Positions 1 to 13,149 of a DNA stretch of 64,000 nucleotides are shown one piece after another. The stretch is from Raillietiella orientalis (Eukaryota): positions 2,542,001-2,606,000 of the forward strand of contig JAYWIR010000006.1 in assembly GCA_036172245.1 (NCBI GenBank), given 5' to 3'. The notes under the pieces are model-generated. The model was not told the origin of the DNA. It made no database searches and saw nothing but the letters and a program-made list of their open reading frames with translations. Positions within the stretch are counted from its first letter, which is position 1. Every line of letters begins with the position of its first letter. Position numbers and translations under genes: made by a program.

Positions 1-107
1 TGGTTCTTAATGGCGTTTTCAGCGTTCACAGATCAACCATTTGGGGGAGAGAGTTGAGAACTATTTTATGCATATGCATGCATAAGTTTGACCCAACGTT
101 CATCACC

Positions 108-490
108 TCATCATCATCATCATCATTGCAGCAGGGTGTTCCGACACGTCCCCGATCGGCTCCTGTTATCTACTGACCACAGACTCCGTAACCAGCCATC
201 GAAAAGGGACGGCAGAACTTGAAATTTTGCTTTTTCGGTGCTAATCTTCCGTTTCCTGATGGGAATTTCGCAGCTGCTCCACTGGTCAGCCTTTAGGGTG
301 ACCTCGGTTATGAGTTACATGCTTCAGAATCACAGCTTTCAAGAGGTTCGGTCACCAGAGTGTCTGCCATTCGTAACCGGGCACTGCTGTTCCCTGCGAA
401 GAACCTTAGAGCTCCTTAGACAGGAGCACGAATGGATTCCCATTCGTGAAGGGCTGCTTCTTCTAATTTACGAATGCGGCTGACGGCTTA
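108..490 (-). mobile_element. Probable 3' end of a decayed RTE-like LINE ending in a (GAT)n tail
   Basis: The minus strand ends ...CCCTGCTGCAA-TGATGATGATGATG ((CAT)n on plus at about 108-126), a tail type typical of RTE-clade LINEs. The upstream frames are broken and only weakly RT-C-terminus-like. Confidence 0.35.
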
Positions 491-899
491 ATCATGAGGA
501 GCTCCCTTCTCTCTCTCAGAGCTAAATGATCCAAAGCATCTGAACCTTTGAAGCATAGCCTTTTTTCTTTTTTCTTTGGCAAAAGTCTCCTGTGAATCTC
601 TGATTGTTGTTCCAGCATAACAGGAAAACAACGAAACTGTTGTTCTCATCAGTAATTCAATATGAGTGTTAAACAAGATGATGCTGGCGTGAAGCAAAAA
701 AGAGAGAAAGAGAGAAGGAAGGAAAAACAGCTGCCTAAAGAGAGAGAGGCCAATAAAAAGCAAAAAAGCACTACACTAATGGTGCATTTTATGGCCGAAT
801 TGGAACCTTTGCAATGTGGATGCACAAAAGCGACGTGCAAAATGAATATTTGAGGATTCTTTCGCTTCGATTCTTGCTACCTGTGACTTGCGCGCTTCC

Positions 900-1330
900 G
901 GTATCTGTTTATTCGCTCAACCCTGATGCACGCATCCAGGAGTGGCTCCGTAGATTGTTCCGCAAGTAAGCGATACAGTTAGACGTAAAGCATGCTGATT
1001 CAGAACGCAACAAAGGCGTTACAGACACGCAAACAGACACGGAGCTTTTGGACGGATCTTGCTGCACGGATGCACCGGAAAGCCCAGGATGGCCGCTCCT
1101 GACCGCGTCTGCTGAAGCCTTGGATCTGCGAAACTTCCAGCACGAGACAGCCACCAGCATTCACCTCCCACGATCTTCGCAGCCCCCAAAGTGCAACTAG
1201 GAGCGTGCTCTACATGTCTTTCGGTGCACTCGTTTGGTACCAGGGGGCTTTCCTTCCGATAAAGTGTGATTCACGCTTTAGCCTCGCCGGAGAAACCCAC
1301 GCGTGAGCTTGCAAGCCGGGAATGGTAGTT
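900..1330 (-). mobile_element. Penelope-like element relic (GIY-YIG endonuclease region)
   Basis: ORF 1210..1464 contains RESHFIGRK, resembling the PLE C-x-x-YIG-x-T motif and the QSHFDGKTG copy at about 47670. It is frameshifted. Confidence 0.35.
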
Positions 1331-4300
1331 TTCAGGATGCGAGCATTTCTGGGAACGCTTGGAACGAGCGAGTTACGCGATCCAAGCTGCGCCACGGGGC
1401 GATCGGCGTGCAGCAGAAATCGCTTGTGATTCTGTGGAAAAAAAAAAAAAAAAAAAACGTCCATGAAAATTCGACTTCCTCATAGGACGTGTGGTGTGTG
1501 CTCTCGGTGTGCTCCTTCTCCCTTGCTTCGGTGATGCAGGGAATGTATGCAGGGGAGCGACCTCGTCGAATCCTCCTCGCGCGCAGGTTTACCGTCATCG
1601 TTTCTTCTTCCTTTTCCTGTACGATCATCACGTTTATCCGGTGGCCGCGAATTCCAAAACGCTGATCCCGAACGCGGCAAAAGCGGTTCGCAAGCAGCCA
1701 TTCCCCCTCCCCCCCCACAAGAAAGCCGTGCCGGCGTGCAAGGGGAACGTCCGTTCCCACGGGATTGCGGAAGCGGGCGCTGGCACAGTTTCCGCGTACA
1801 TCGCGTGCCCGTTTCGACCTGCGCTTCCCCCGACAGACCTTCCTTGGTCTGACCTGCTGGCTCGGTACTTCATCACCCCTGATCGATTATATACTGCTAT
1901 TTGCCCGAGCCCCCTCGCGGAGACCTTGATTCGAATTTGGGGCTCAACTGGAGCAGCGGACGGCGTGGGGCGCTCTTCGAGATGTGCAACCTGTGCGCCG
2001 TCCCCTGAAAATGTCGCACTTTTCGAATCGGCATGCATTCCTTGATTCCTCCCCCGTGCAATTAATAACAACAACAACAACAACAGCGAAAATGCACATC
2101 AGTCTTGCAGCTAATCCAAATGCCTTCCGTCCCATGCATTCAGTTTGCACCATTTTGTACACTGCAGCTTCCTCCATTCTTGCAACTCTAGGATAAAGGG
2201 GGGGGAGAGTCCCTTTTCCTCATTTAATATCTAAAGTTTCGAAAGTGCGGAAGGCGTATCACATCAACTTTTCACAATAGTTACTCTGAATTTATGAATA
2301 AAAAGAAAAGCGATGGAAAAATTTGAGGTGGGAGGAGGGGGGGACCATCCTTTTCCGTTTTAAGCATAGGGGAAAAAACAAAAAAAAAATTAAGCATTTT
2401 ATGCTTGTACCTTCGTTTTTTTTTTTTTTTTTTTTTTTTTTTCTTCGAGCTACGCTTTGGTTGCTTTGGCAAAACAATCAATCGTGGCACTTTAAAATGA
2501 CGAAAGCAAAGTGTAAATTCATTTTGCAATCTTTTCCCTTGCAAAGACTCAGTACTAAGCTAAATGTGAAAAATGCGGCATTTCTCCTCTTCACACGACA
2601 TCCATACATTGGCGCAGAACATTAGACTGCAATATAATATTCCCGAGAAGCATTAACGTACACAGCTATCCTTATTACTTACTTTCTGATATTTGTGTGT
2701 ATGCAAACACTGGCAGAATCGATTTTCCTTGGAAAAATCCAGCACGGGATGTTCGCACGCATTTACGTCAAACTGCTGCCAGGCAATACGCATTTCTCAT
2801 TGTAATTTGCTCGGCAGCTTCGTTACTAGGCGCGTTGTCAACAGCATTGTTCAAGTTACAGTGTTGCCGAATTATCCGGCGAAAAAAGGCGAAACAAAAA
2901 ACAAAACAAAACAAAAACGCTTCTGCTTGAGGCTTATCAGTGAATTGCTTCCGTTATTTCGGGGAGCCTTACTTACTCCAGTGTGTCCTTTTCACGTTTT
3001 TGCTTTGATCACGGTCAAGTTCTCCGCCCTGCGCTTCCTTCCGATCCGAAAATCTCTCTGAAAATTCTCTTCGAAAGGGAAAGACAAAAAGTGTGCTGGG
3101 GAATTTTGAGCTGGAGCAATTCAACCAAGAATTTATGCAAAGTCTTGACCTCTCCCCTTCCTCATAATGAACTAATCATCCAGGTGTAAAATCACTTTAT
3201 AAATTCATCAGCAAGGGATCAAATGCAAATTAAAAGAGTCATGTGCACACTTCAGGTATCTTCACGATGGTTGTACTACATGATACATGCAATACACGAC
3301 ATTCCACTGCTTGGAAACCTGAAAAACGCAGTATTCACGAAATGGGGATTGTGAATTTCAAATTCGGCGCAGGGAGCAAAAATAGGTTTTGTTTTCAATA
3401 AATGCATCGTCACACCTATGGAAAGCGAAAGCAAAATATACCAATGCGGAAGCACAAAAAAATCGGAGTTCACGCTCGCATTTCACGCTACCCATACCTA
3501 ATGCCTTGCGTCTTTTGCGTTTCCCTGAGAAGACCTTGAAAAGACGAAAAGTGCACAATGGAATTGGTCGGTGTATCGATCCGACTGACGGAAGAAAACG
3601 AAGCGACTTTTCACCTACCGAGGCTTGAAAGCAGACAGCTTCAGCAACCGAATGCCTGAAACCCAGCAGATCTTTCTGCGCTTCCCAGCGGAAACATGCG
3701 CACACGCACACACACACACACACATACACACACTAATTGCACGCATGCATAATCACAGTCTCATTGTGCATTTGGCTGCGTACACACACGATTCCTGTAA
3801 GTGCATGTTGCGAAAACATCTGTACACGCAGTGATGATACGGATAGGTTGTGCACATATGTGTTGACCACCGATCTGCGACAAGTGTACCTGCGGGTATG
3901 AGCGTGCCCATGGTCCTTGGAGCGTTCGCCGAGCGAACTGCGTGTGTACATGCACTGGCCTTTTGATGCTGTGGTTTTCAAATTACTGAGAAGGAAAAAA
4001 AAAAAAAAAATAGTTTGCTTATCATCGTTCCACTTCTGGAGTTGCATTACTGGCTACTCCCTTTTTTTGCTTAGAGACTCTTAGTAGATGCATACTGGAT
4101 ACATTGCAGGCATGCAATGTGGGTGCTCAGTGTATCTTTAAAAATGATTTTGGAAAATTATTCTTCTAAATAGGTTTCCCTGACATTCTAATCGTGCGAC
4201 CGTGTGTATGATTGAACTTCTACGTCCAAAGCTGCCGTCTGGGAAATAACCCCATTAGCCAGAATGGCTGCATCGTATTTGTTCATTCTATTTGACATTC

Positions 4301-5319
4301 CTTCTACGTTTGCTGGGACCTAGATCGCGCTTCCTTGGTTACTGTCACTCGTGCACCAAATTTTCCATTTCTGATCCAGCATTTTATGGTTTTATGGTAA
4401 AGCAGATACTGTATACATGTTTCTTTTTTCTTTTTTTTTTTTGCACCTGAACCCGCTTAAACTCAACACAACCTCTCAGAACCGTCCTCTGCTCCGAAAA
4501 ACAGCTGCAAAAAAAGTGTCCCTTGGCTTTTCGTTCCTCCTTTCCGAAGAGTCTGCGACTCGATGAGCGGTAGAACCTTGGACTGGAGTCCAGTGTTCCC
4601 TTGCTGGCCGTGCGATTGCGCCGAAGAAAAGACCATCGGGAAGTGCGGCTTCTGGAAGGTCTGCCAACGGTCCAGCAAAGCCGTTGCTATCTGCCTTTTT
4701 CGGACGAATTCGGTAAATTGGCACGTGGCAGGTCATTCTCTGCACCAGGGCCAAATCTCTTCTCTGGCAAAACTCGAATTGTGTGTGTGTGTGCTTTTCT
4801 TTCGAAGAATGTGAACTGTGAACTCCAACGCAGGAAACAAATCCATTTATTTCCAACGCTCCTCTCCTCGAGTTGATCTCGATAAAAGTGCGTATTTTGA
4901 AGCAGGGTGCGTAATTTTTTTATCTCGTAACACGGAGGACGCTTCCTTCCTTCGTAGGTGTGAAACTCCTTGGTCGTTTCGAATCATTTTATTTTATTTT
5001 TTTTTTTTACAAAAAAAAAAATCTCATCAGCGAATTGACTTACGTGCGCACACACGACTTTCGCGTATGCACGCGTGGTTTGTACCGTGTAAACATTTAG
5101 ATCTTGGCAAATTAGTCCCCCTCCCCTCCCCCAAGTTGCTGTCAGAGATATCATGTTGGATTTTAGGAGCAAATCGCAATTAACCATGTCTTGCGGATTC
5201 GGACTTGGCCCCGTGTTTTGCAGGGAAACTTGGGTTAACAACAGAATGGACTCTGTTTTTTTTTCTGTGTCTTCCCTTTGTGCCTCGGGAAGACGCTCTG
5301 TTTGTTCTGTGGATCTGAA

Positions 5320-7890
5320 TAAAGATATGGAATTGTCTCAACGCACGCACAGAAGTAATGTGTCATTTCCTGAGCACTCGAAAGTCTTAGCTTGGCTCAA
5401 TGGTTCTCCTTATCATCCTCCAGTCATCACGAGCTGGAATTCTCCAGAGGAAGGATCAGGATGCAAGTTTTCTCATCTCGAACCGGGCCGATCCGATACG
5501 CAAACAAATAGGATGCGTTCGGCCGCCGGGGAGGGACCGGAGCGAGACACAAACCGGGAAGGGGGGGAAGGCTTCGGTGGACTCTGGGAGGGGGTCAAGG
5601 CGCACTCGTGCCCACCGTGCGAGGGCGCTTCAAGATACAAATGGCGGAGCCCTCCAGGCGCAACAATCGAACCGGGCGCAATCGCTTGGCAACGGCAAAC
5701 GGGGCGCCGCAAACAAGAAGCGCGCTGCAGCCGAAGAAGAAGCCCTGAAGAAGGCACGCGCGGTTCTTTGCTTCAGGAATGCTCAGGATTGCCAAGTGGC
5801 TAGAGGATGCCGGCTCTCTGTGCACTGGATAGTGGATGGGCAGCGCCCTCCCTCCTCCATCCTCCTGGCCTCCGATGTGCGGATGCTGGAAACACCATTT
5901 CGTACTCCGCCGGGAAATGCATCTCCTACCGAAAAGGAGAACAAGAGATGCGCGGAAACGGGAAATGACCCGGAGGCTTCTCAGACTAAGAAAGATGGTA
6001 CGATTACTCGTAACCTTCATTTGTACCGGCGTATGCTGGCAGCTTGTTATTTCTTTGCCCTCTTGGAAGTGAATTTTGCTTTTCTAAGAGACGTTTTCAT
6101 CAACCTTTCGACTTGTTCCATCTGCAGCCCTCCGATTTCATGGCTTCTAAACAGTACTCGATACCATGACCACGAGTGCTTCCTGATCACGAGAGAATTC
6201 CAGTTGGGATGTGCGGGAGCGGAATCGAAAGCAGGCGCAGAGAAATGCAAATCCCAGACATCGCTATTTTTGCAATTTCTTCCTCGTTGCAGAAGGGGCT
6301 TTGCTACGCCGGCAAACGTCGAGCAACCGCTGATCGTCTTCCCCTTCCCCCCTCCCTCCCCCATTATTCCCATAGTAACCAGAGGACTGAAGTGTGATGT
6401 GTCCTCAAGAGAACTTTCGAGAGAGAAAAGGGGGAAGAAATAGATTTCGCGAGGAAAAAGGAAGATGTTCACTGTTGCATAGGAGTGGAGAAATGGGGAC
6501 ATCCCGCGCGACAGTACGAGGCAACAAGGGATGCTCTCGAATCTTAAAGAGGGTTGAGAAATCGTCCTTTTGTACTCAAGGATTCCAAAGTGGGAGCCCC
6601 CTATGGAATCAGTCGTGCCAATCGGATAGAATAGGAGCTTTGAGAGAGTTTTCTGCGAACCACGCTCCATTCCAGTTACGATATCATGGATGACAGCAGC
6701 TCCAAGTCGCCGATATCCCACTGAATACTTCCTTCTCCGACAGAAGAAACAGTTGTACTGGAAAAAGGAATCCCTCATCGGAAAAAATAATTTATACGGA
6801 AAACTTTACTCAAGGAGGCAGATCGGTGCGCGAAGAACAGGCATCGACAACCCTTCGGCAGCAGTGGGGTTTCGCTTGCTGTTTTCAAGATGTCGGACCT
6901 CGATCCGATGGATTGGAATTAATGTTTCAAGAATTTCCGTTTTTTTGTTTCCCCGGGATAGCATTTTACATACCGAACGGGCAGTTTCCGAGCGACGCCA
7001 TTCTTTCGTTTGCCGATTCGCTTCCCTTTCAACGGGAGCGATTTCTGGCTTCTTTCAATCGAAAGAGGAGAGAGAGAAGAAGAAGAAAATCAAATCTGAA
7101 GGATGAACGCATTGTGGAAACACAATGAGGAAGTGCGATAAACGGATTCTTCCCCTTTGTTCCACACTTTGTTCTTCTTGCCTCGCATCCTGTGTTCGTT
7201 CACTTTTGTCGTTGGGTTAACGTCTTGCAGCTGACTTCAGCCAATTTGCTGCTGGAGAATCCACTTTTTGCTCTGTGGGCATCAGAGCTCCTGAAGGCGA
7301 AAGCGCAAGTGGCTGGCCGGATTCATTCCAACCTGCTGTGTGGCATTCCTTGTTCCTTTCTCCTCCACCTCCAGATAGCAGAAAAGGTTGGAACCGCTTC
7401 TGTTGCCGCAACTCCTAAGCTTTGGATTCCACAGGGAAACCACGCAGTGTCTCCAGAACCCATCCCCGAGGAAGCTTGGACGAAGGGGTAATGTTTTAGG
7501 ATCATACAAATGTTCGCTAAGGTTAGAGAACATTCTGTCATCCATTTGGCATCAATCAATGGAATCCTTCTTTGGATTATTTTGGTTCGTTGCTCGTAGT
7601 GAACATTCGCTCTGCTGCGTTCGCATCGAAATCCGAGAAGATTCGGGAAACGTCTCCGTCCTTTGTCCTCAGATCTTTCTGCCACCAACGAAGACTCGAG
7701 ATTACCTCCCGAACGGACTTTCGCTATAGAAAATCCCATCCCATCCCAATGTAGACAATTAGATATCGACTCTTGTCCTCTTGCAAGAGCAAACACAGAA
7801 TGCATGCGTCTTCCAGTGTGGATGCTCACCTACGAATGCAAACATTGGAAAGATGTTTGGAGAGAACTCATTTGTTTCCATCTTTGGCAA
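5320..7890 (+). mobile_element. Decayed Penelope-like retroelement (N-terminal region, RT, GIY-YIG)
   Basis: Degenerate PLE motifs occur in the expected order across shifting frames: EEEALKKAR (ORF 5400), TQGFQSGSPLW (about G-x-x-MGSPLS; ORF 6394), EFPFF...ILSFADSLP (about LPFLD...YLHFxSxHP; ORF 6826), and GNVLGSYKCS...RSEH (GIY-YIG; ORF 7388). Confidence 0.55.
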
Positions 7891-10800
7891 AGGCTTGAGC
7901 GTTAATTAAAATACGTGGAAAAGCGTACATTCTCTTCGGTTAAATGATCGTTGTGGGAAAAAATAGTTCTTCGAGATGGATAAATACTTGAATGACTTGT
8001 TTGATATTTGCATTCGAGGATCAAGAACTCACTATCTGCTGAGTCAGCATAATGATTTCGAATTCCTAAAAAGAAAAAAAACATCACAGCTATTTTAATA
8101 AGAATTGGAGAAGTGCAAAAGTTTCGGATGTAATGTATGAAAAGATAAAGGCAAGAAGTACCTTTAGACTGAAAATCTTTCATATCAATAAAAATTCTCT
8201 GTTTTACAAAAGAAAGCATGCATCTTCAAATGACGAAATTGACATCAGCACTTTCGGAGATGTCAAGATCATCATCGTTTCATTGAACATCTAAGTTTGG
8301 ACCACGGTGAAATAAGTAATAAGAATTAGGTTCCATGATAGTTTCTAAGGTGCCCATGGTTGATATTTATCGAGGCATTTAATTTGAATACTGATTTTCT
8401 TCATCATTTTTTGTCGGATATCGGCATCGTAGTATTCAACCAAAAAGATACTCAACCCCAAATATCAAGTTGCCAGATCTGGGATTTCTAAATTTTATGT
8501 CTTGAGATTAAAAATCGAACAATCGAACTTTTTCTCTGAATATTAAATGAGATTAAAAGGTTCACCGTCTCTTGATGTTTGGTTTTGCATCCGCAAGTAT
8601 TCCTTCAACCAGTCCATGTATGTAATGCACTTACTGCTTTTTTGCCTAGTAAATTTGAAAAAAAAAATATCCTTTAAGGAACGATATCTGCCGCAATGGT
8701 AAATTAATTTAAGTGCATGATTATGTGAGTAATTTTATAATCGTATGCTGACCAAACGTTGCCGTTTCCGCGGTTTGAATCGTTTTTCTTTCTTTTTTTT
8801 TTTTCAATCGAAGGACCATCCCTCGATAGAAATAATGGACTCTCCTTCTCACAGCTGGTGGAAGCGATTTTGCGCAAGATTCGCGAATTGAACACCATGG
8901 GAAAGTTGTCCGTACATACTTACAGTAAGTTCGTGTGTGGATGTATATCGCAGTTCCCGTGTACCATCGTCTTTCCGTATCACGGAAAAGCTTTAATTCT
9001 GCGTTTGATGTTTTCTTTTTTTTTTTTTCTTGCTCCCGCCCCCCCCCCTCTTCCCCCCCCCCCTTCTACAAGACGTCCAGAAATGGGCGTGACCCGAAAA
9101 GTCGCCGTATGTTTTGCGATCAAATCTTTTTACGTGTACGACAACACTCTGTGATTTCGATTCACTGTGAATGTAGTTTCCGTCTTTCTGGCCCCGTCCT
9201 GTGAGTATTTAGTCTCGAACAAATGTGCCAAGTATGTATTACGTAAGTTGTAAGTTTCGTTGTACCTTGCAAACTGTTTTTGTACGAAAGCTGTACGTCT
9301 ACTTAGATGGTACAGAAATCGCTCGTCAGGTGTTCTGTACGGTTACGTAAATGGGAAGTTAAGCCTCATGCAGGTACAGAGTTTGCCAATTTTTTTTTCT
9401 TCTAGCACGTTGATTCGTGTTGTGGAAAGGGTGGATGCTTTCCTTCCGTGCTGCCCGACGTTTATCCCCCGAAAAGCCCACTCTGCACATTCTTGTAAAC
9501 GCAGCACAAAGGTCAATTTCCAAAAAGGTCCAGCCTCGTTAAGCGTGGCACGTGCGCCCATTTCTGTGTTTCTCTTGGTGTGTAGGTCGAGTTGGAATGT
9601 CATCTGCAAACCTCAAGGGTGCGTGCTGACCCCGTCTGCGCCGAGAGAGAAATTTATTTAATGTAGCCCATTCCGTCTAGGTCACCCAGAGGCGGTGGCC
9701 TGGACTTGTTGTCATTCCGAGGAATCCTGTCCGAGAAGCAAAAAAAGGCATGTAATTTGGAAAATTGCTGCCTGCCTGGTGGTGTTTTCACGGACTTGCC
9801 GAAGAGACCACGTTCGCCGCACGACACTCGGGCAAGAGAGAGAGAGAGAGAGAGAGAGTTGAGGGGGTTCCGAGTGGCTTGTACACGTGTGTACACGTCA
9901 CCCGAGAGCAGGCTGACCAACCCCCAAGCTGGTGTGCTGGAGCTCGCCGCCGTTTCTTGCACGGTTGCCTGCGTCACGCCAGCGTGTGCTGCTCCCGCTG
10001 GATGGGCGACTTCTTTGCTCGACGTTCTTTGCTTGCCTTGCGTGTGTTTTCCCTCAGCACGCACTTGCGCCGCCCTCGTGTGTGCAGACCGTCTCCGACC
10101 GAGGTCTGATCACCGGCGGCCACTCCTCGCCTCCGCGTTTCTGTGCATCCTGGGTTGGTGAAGCACAAATCATTGTAATCTTTTACGAACGTAGCGCCAA
10201 CATATGATGCAACACGTCCTCCCCTCCCCCTCCCTTTTCGATTCGCCACGATTGTCATTAAGGTGTGGAAGGAGAAATTCAGGATACGGGTTGGGACACC
10301 ATTCACCGGTGTTTCCACCGTCTTGAAGAGTTCGGAAAGAGGGAAAGCCGGATGCAGCGGACCTCCGGATAGATGCGAAAGCAATGAAGGACCTACGGCG
10401 TCTTTGCGGGGGGGGTGGGGAGGTGATGATGGTGATGCCGTACCCACGGCATCACCACCTCGATGTCTCCCTCCCTCCCCCTCGCTCTGCTCGCTCTTTT
10501 ACCTTTGCACCCTGCAGATAAATGTGCCGACGTTGAAGCCTGGGAAGTTCCTTTTGGTTTCCCGTGCTGGAGAGCACAGTGTCCGGTTGGAAAGTGCTGC
10601 TGCCCCCTCCCTTGCATTTGCCGTTTTTTTATCTCGTTACGGGGGTAAAGCCAAAAAAAAAATTCCTGCAACCTTTTCACTGAATTCCAATTTTTCTCGA
10701 CAGTAGGAAAATCCACTGACGGCCCCTGCATGTGGTCACAAAGGAAAGCCGTGTCGCCCTGCGTGGACACTGGAGTTGGCATGCTGCTGTGAATAGTGAG

Positions 10801-12497
10801 GAAGACCCGAACGAATGTCTTTCCGTCAACGTGTGCAGAATGATGTTTCTGACAATTGGTACACTTGCACTTGGTTACCTAGAGAACTTGAAAAGTACGA
10901 TTTCCTCCGATGGTACGCACTCCTGTTCCGAGGTTGGGCCTTGCAATCATCCAGTGTCCTTGCGACGCATGGTTTGAAGCGTACACGTTCTGTGTATATC
11001 GCGTGTCCTTTGCGTCGTCGTATACTAATGATTTGTTTGCCATGAATGAAAAGGAGGATGAATTTACATAAGAGGATACGATAGTAAGCCCCCATTTTCG
11101 GAATCCGTGACGTTGATAGCGGTCTGCGATAAAGAAGTCACATCTGCAACCAACTGTGGATGCAGCCCAGGAATCCATGACAAGAGTAATGATACCATCA
11201 GGAAGTACTCGACGGTATCATTACATTTGGTTGCTGCTTAGTGTCTGCTGGTTCAATTTTTAGCGTACCTTCGATCGATCGGAGTTGGGACGAAAGTGTG
11301 CAGCGCTTGTTCTTCGTGTGGTCTTGGATGTCGCACTGTTTGTGTAAGACAGGTTCGAAAATGTGGACGTTGCACGGACTGTGATAAGATTTCACACGAA
11401 ACTCGTAGGAAATCCTTCGGAGTAGTTGAGCGCGTTTTGTTCTTCAGATTGACGGGACAGTTGTGCTTAAGAGTTGTCGGCTCCAAGCTGGTAGAGTCCA
11501 CAGCAGATTTGCCGTTTTTTGTTTTTTTCCTTTCCTGCGTGGTAACCGTGCAAGTGGCTCTCTCACATAAAACTCCGATCGAAATTTAGCATGGTGGCCG
11601 GCAGATTGTGTATCGTGCAAGGGCTGAATCTTCGTTCGATTTTGACGGAGAGCTCTCTGGTTCCCACAAGGCCCGGACGTGTCCCAAAATTGACTGTACA
11701 GCTGCACTGCACATAGAAGTGGATGCGATGCAGTACGGAACACGGAGCCAAGTTTCTGACGAAATCAAGTTAACAACTTGACAGTGGCCTCCTCCTCCTC
11801 CCTTTACCAAAGAGCAGATGTAATCAGTAACGTGGCCTTTCTGTGATTGTACTGTACAGTGCACGCAGTCAAGCGTTCTTGGAGCGTTGCAGACGGTGTG
11901 TTTCCAGCGTTGTGCTATGGCGTAAGCACCGAACTGGTTATCGATTTTACCCACGTTAATGGACGTGGTTCTCCACTTTAGCCTCCGAAGGGCTTTCAGG
12001 TTCGAAAACGAACGTTGGCAATGGCGCCGAGAGTGCTATCTGAGCCTTAACACGTAGAGACACCAGTGTTCACACCCACGGTTTATTGTATACGAACAGC
12101 CGATGTGCAGCAGGGCTCAGCTCCCACGTACAGGTTTTGAATTGGTGTCGCAGATGAATTATGGGTGGGATGGTGTTTTAGCTGTCCTGCGTATTTTACA
12201 TGCCAGTTTCCTTGATCGATTTTAAGCGGACCTCTAAAATGTTTTATTATCCAGCTCTAAATTCATAGAAGCAGTTAATATCCGTATTTGGGGGTTTTGT
12301 TGCACGTGATTTTTGTTCGTATATTGCGTTCCTTAATGTTCGGGGCATGCAGCCATGAGCCTTACATGCTGTCTGTTAGTGTGGTGTAAATACAAGTCAG
12401 CATTACAATGATTTAGTCCATGTTTATGAATAGGAAACACAGTAGATCCACTTCTGATGTTTGGATGCTGACTGAAAATTTGGTCACTGCATTTCAG

Positions 12498-13116
12498 TTC
12501 AGAAGATTCTCTGAATTTTGCTGAAGACTTAAAGCAAAAGTCTGTTTCCAAAGTTCGAGTAACTTTTTTTGAATCACAAAGGCCACTTTCTTTCTCTTCT
12601 CCTGATCAGAGTGACGATCTAGAGTTTGCAATGACAACTATTAGCAACCTCCCTTTGGATTATGGACATACAGCCAGGTTTGTTTCTCAAAAAAGAATAA
12701 TTTAAAAATCAAAAGATGGTTGTAGCTGTGACAATGGAGTGGACAACCCATTCCGACCAGATGGAGAACTGAGCAAAGAAGCTGAACAGATAGTGCAGTG
12801 TATTAAAACGGGCCAGCCTATACCTCAATCTCCTCAAGGCAGTAGTCAAGAAGAAGTTCACTTCCCAGATATGGATTCCCAACTTTCGATTCCCAGTGCT
12901 GATGAGACAGCAACTCAACAATCTATAAGTATAGTGGAGAGCAAGGTAGCTTTAAATGGCCCTGATGGTGATGTGCAAACCACCAACTTGCCAACCACCA
13001 ATTCTTCACCCCCCTTACATGCTGCTGAGGTACAGCACCATGTGACCACTACCTGTGACAAACCAGCTCATGCTGAGCATGTGACCCTCAAAAAAACTAA
13101 ATGCCAGTTGCTGTGA
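12498..13116 (+). CDS. Uncharacterised small protein with a DNPFRPDGELSKEAE motif and C-terminal CAAX box (KKTKCQLL); last exons about 12498-12677 and 12726-13116; first exon/start uncertain
   Basis: The frame is open from about 12498 to 12677. A GT..AG intron at 12678-12725 (48 nt, phase 2, contains in-frame stops) joins it in frame to SCDNGVDNPFRPDGELSKEAEQIV...HVTLKKTKCQLL-stop. I recall this motif plus basic/CAAX tail architecture from uncharacterised arthropod proteins. The region is CpG-depleted like its neighbour OSGEP. Confidence 0.75.
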
Positions 13117-13149
13117 TTTATGTGCCCCTTGTCATGCTTGGTGCTACTG

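Noticed and set aside
5400..6443. 347-aa ORF, plus the other long ORFs at 34881-35744, 38105-39112, 52041-53234 and 61973-62710
   Set aside because: They are GC-rich, low-complexity or TE-derived open frames with no coherent domain. 52041-53234 is antisense to a LINE and 5400-6443 lies in a Penelope-like relic.
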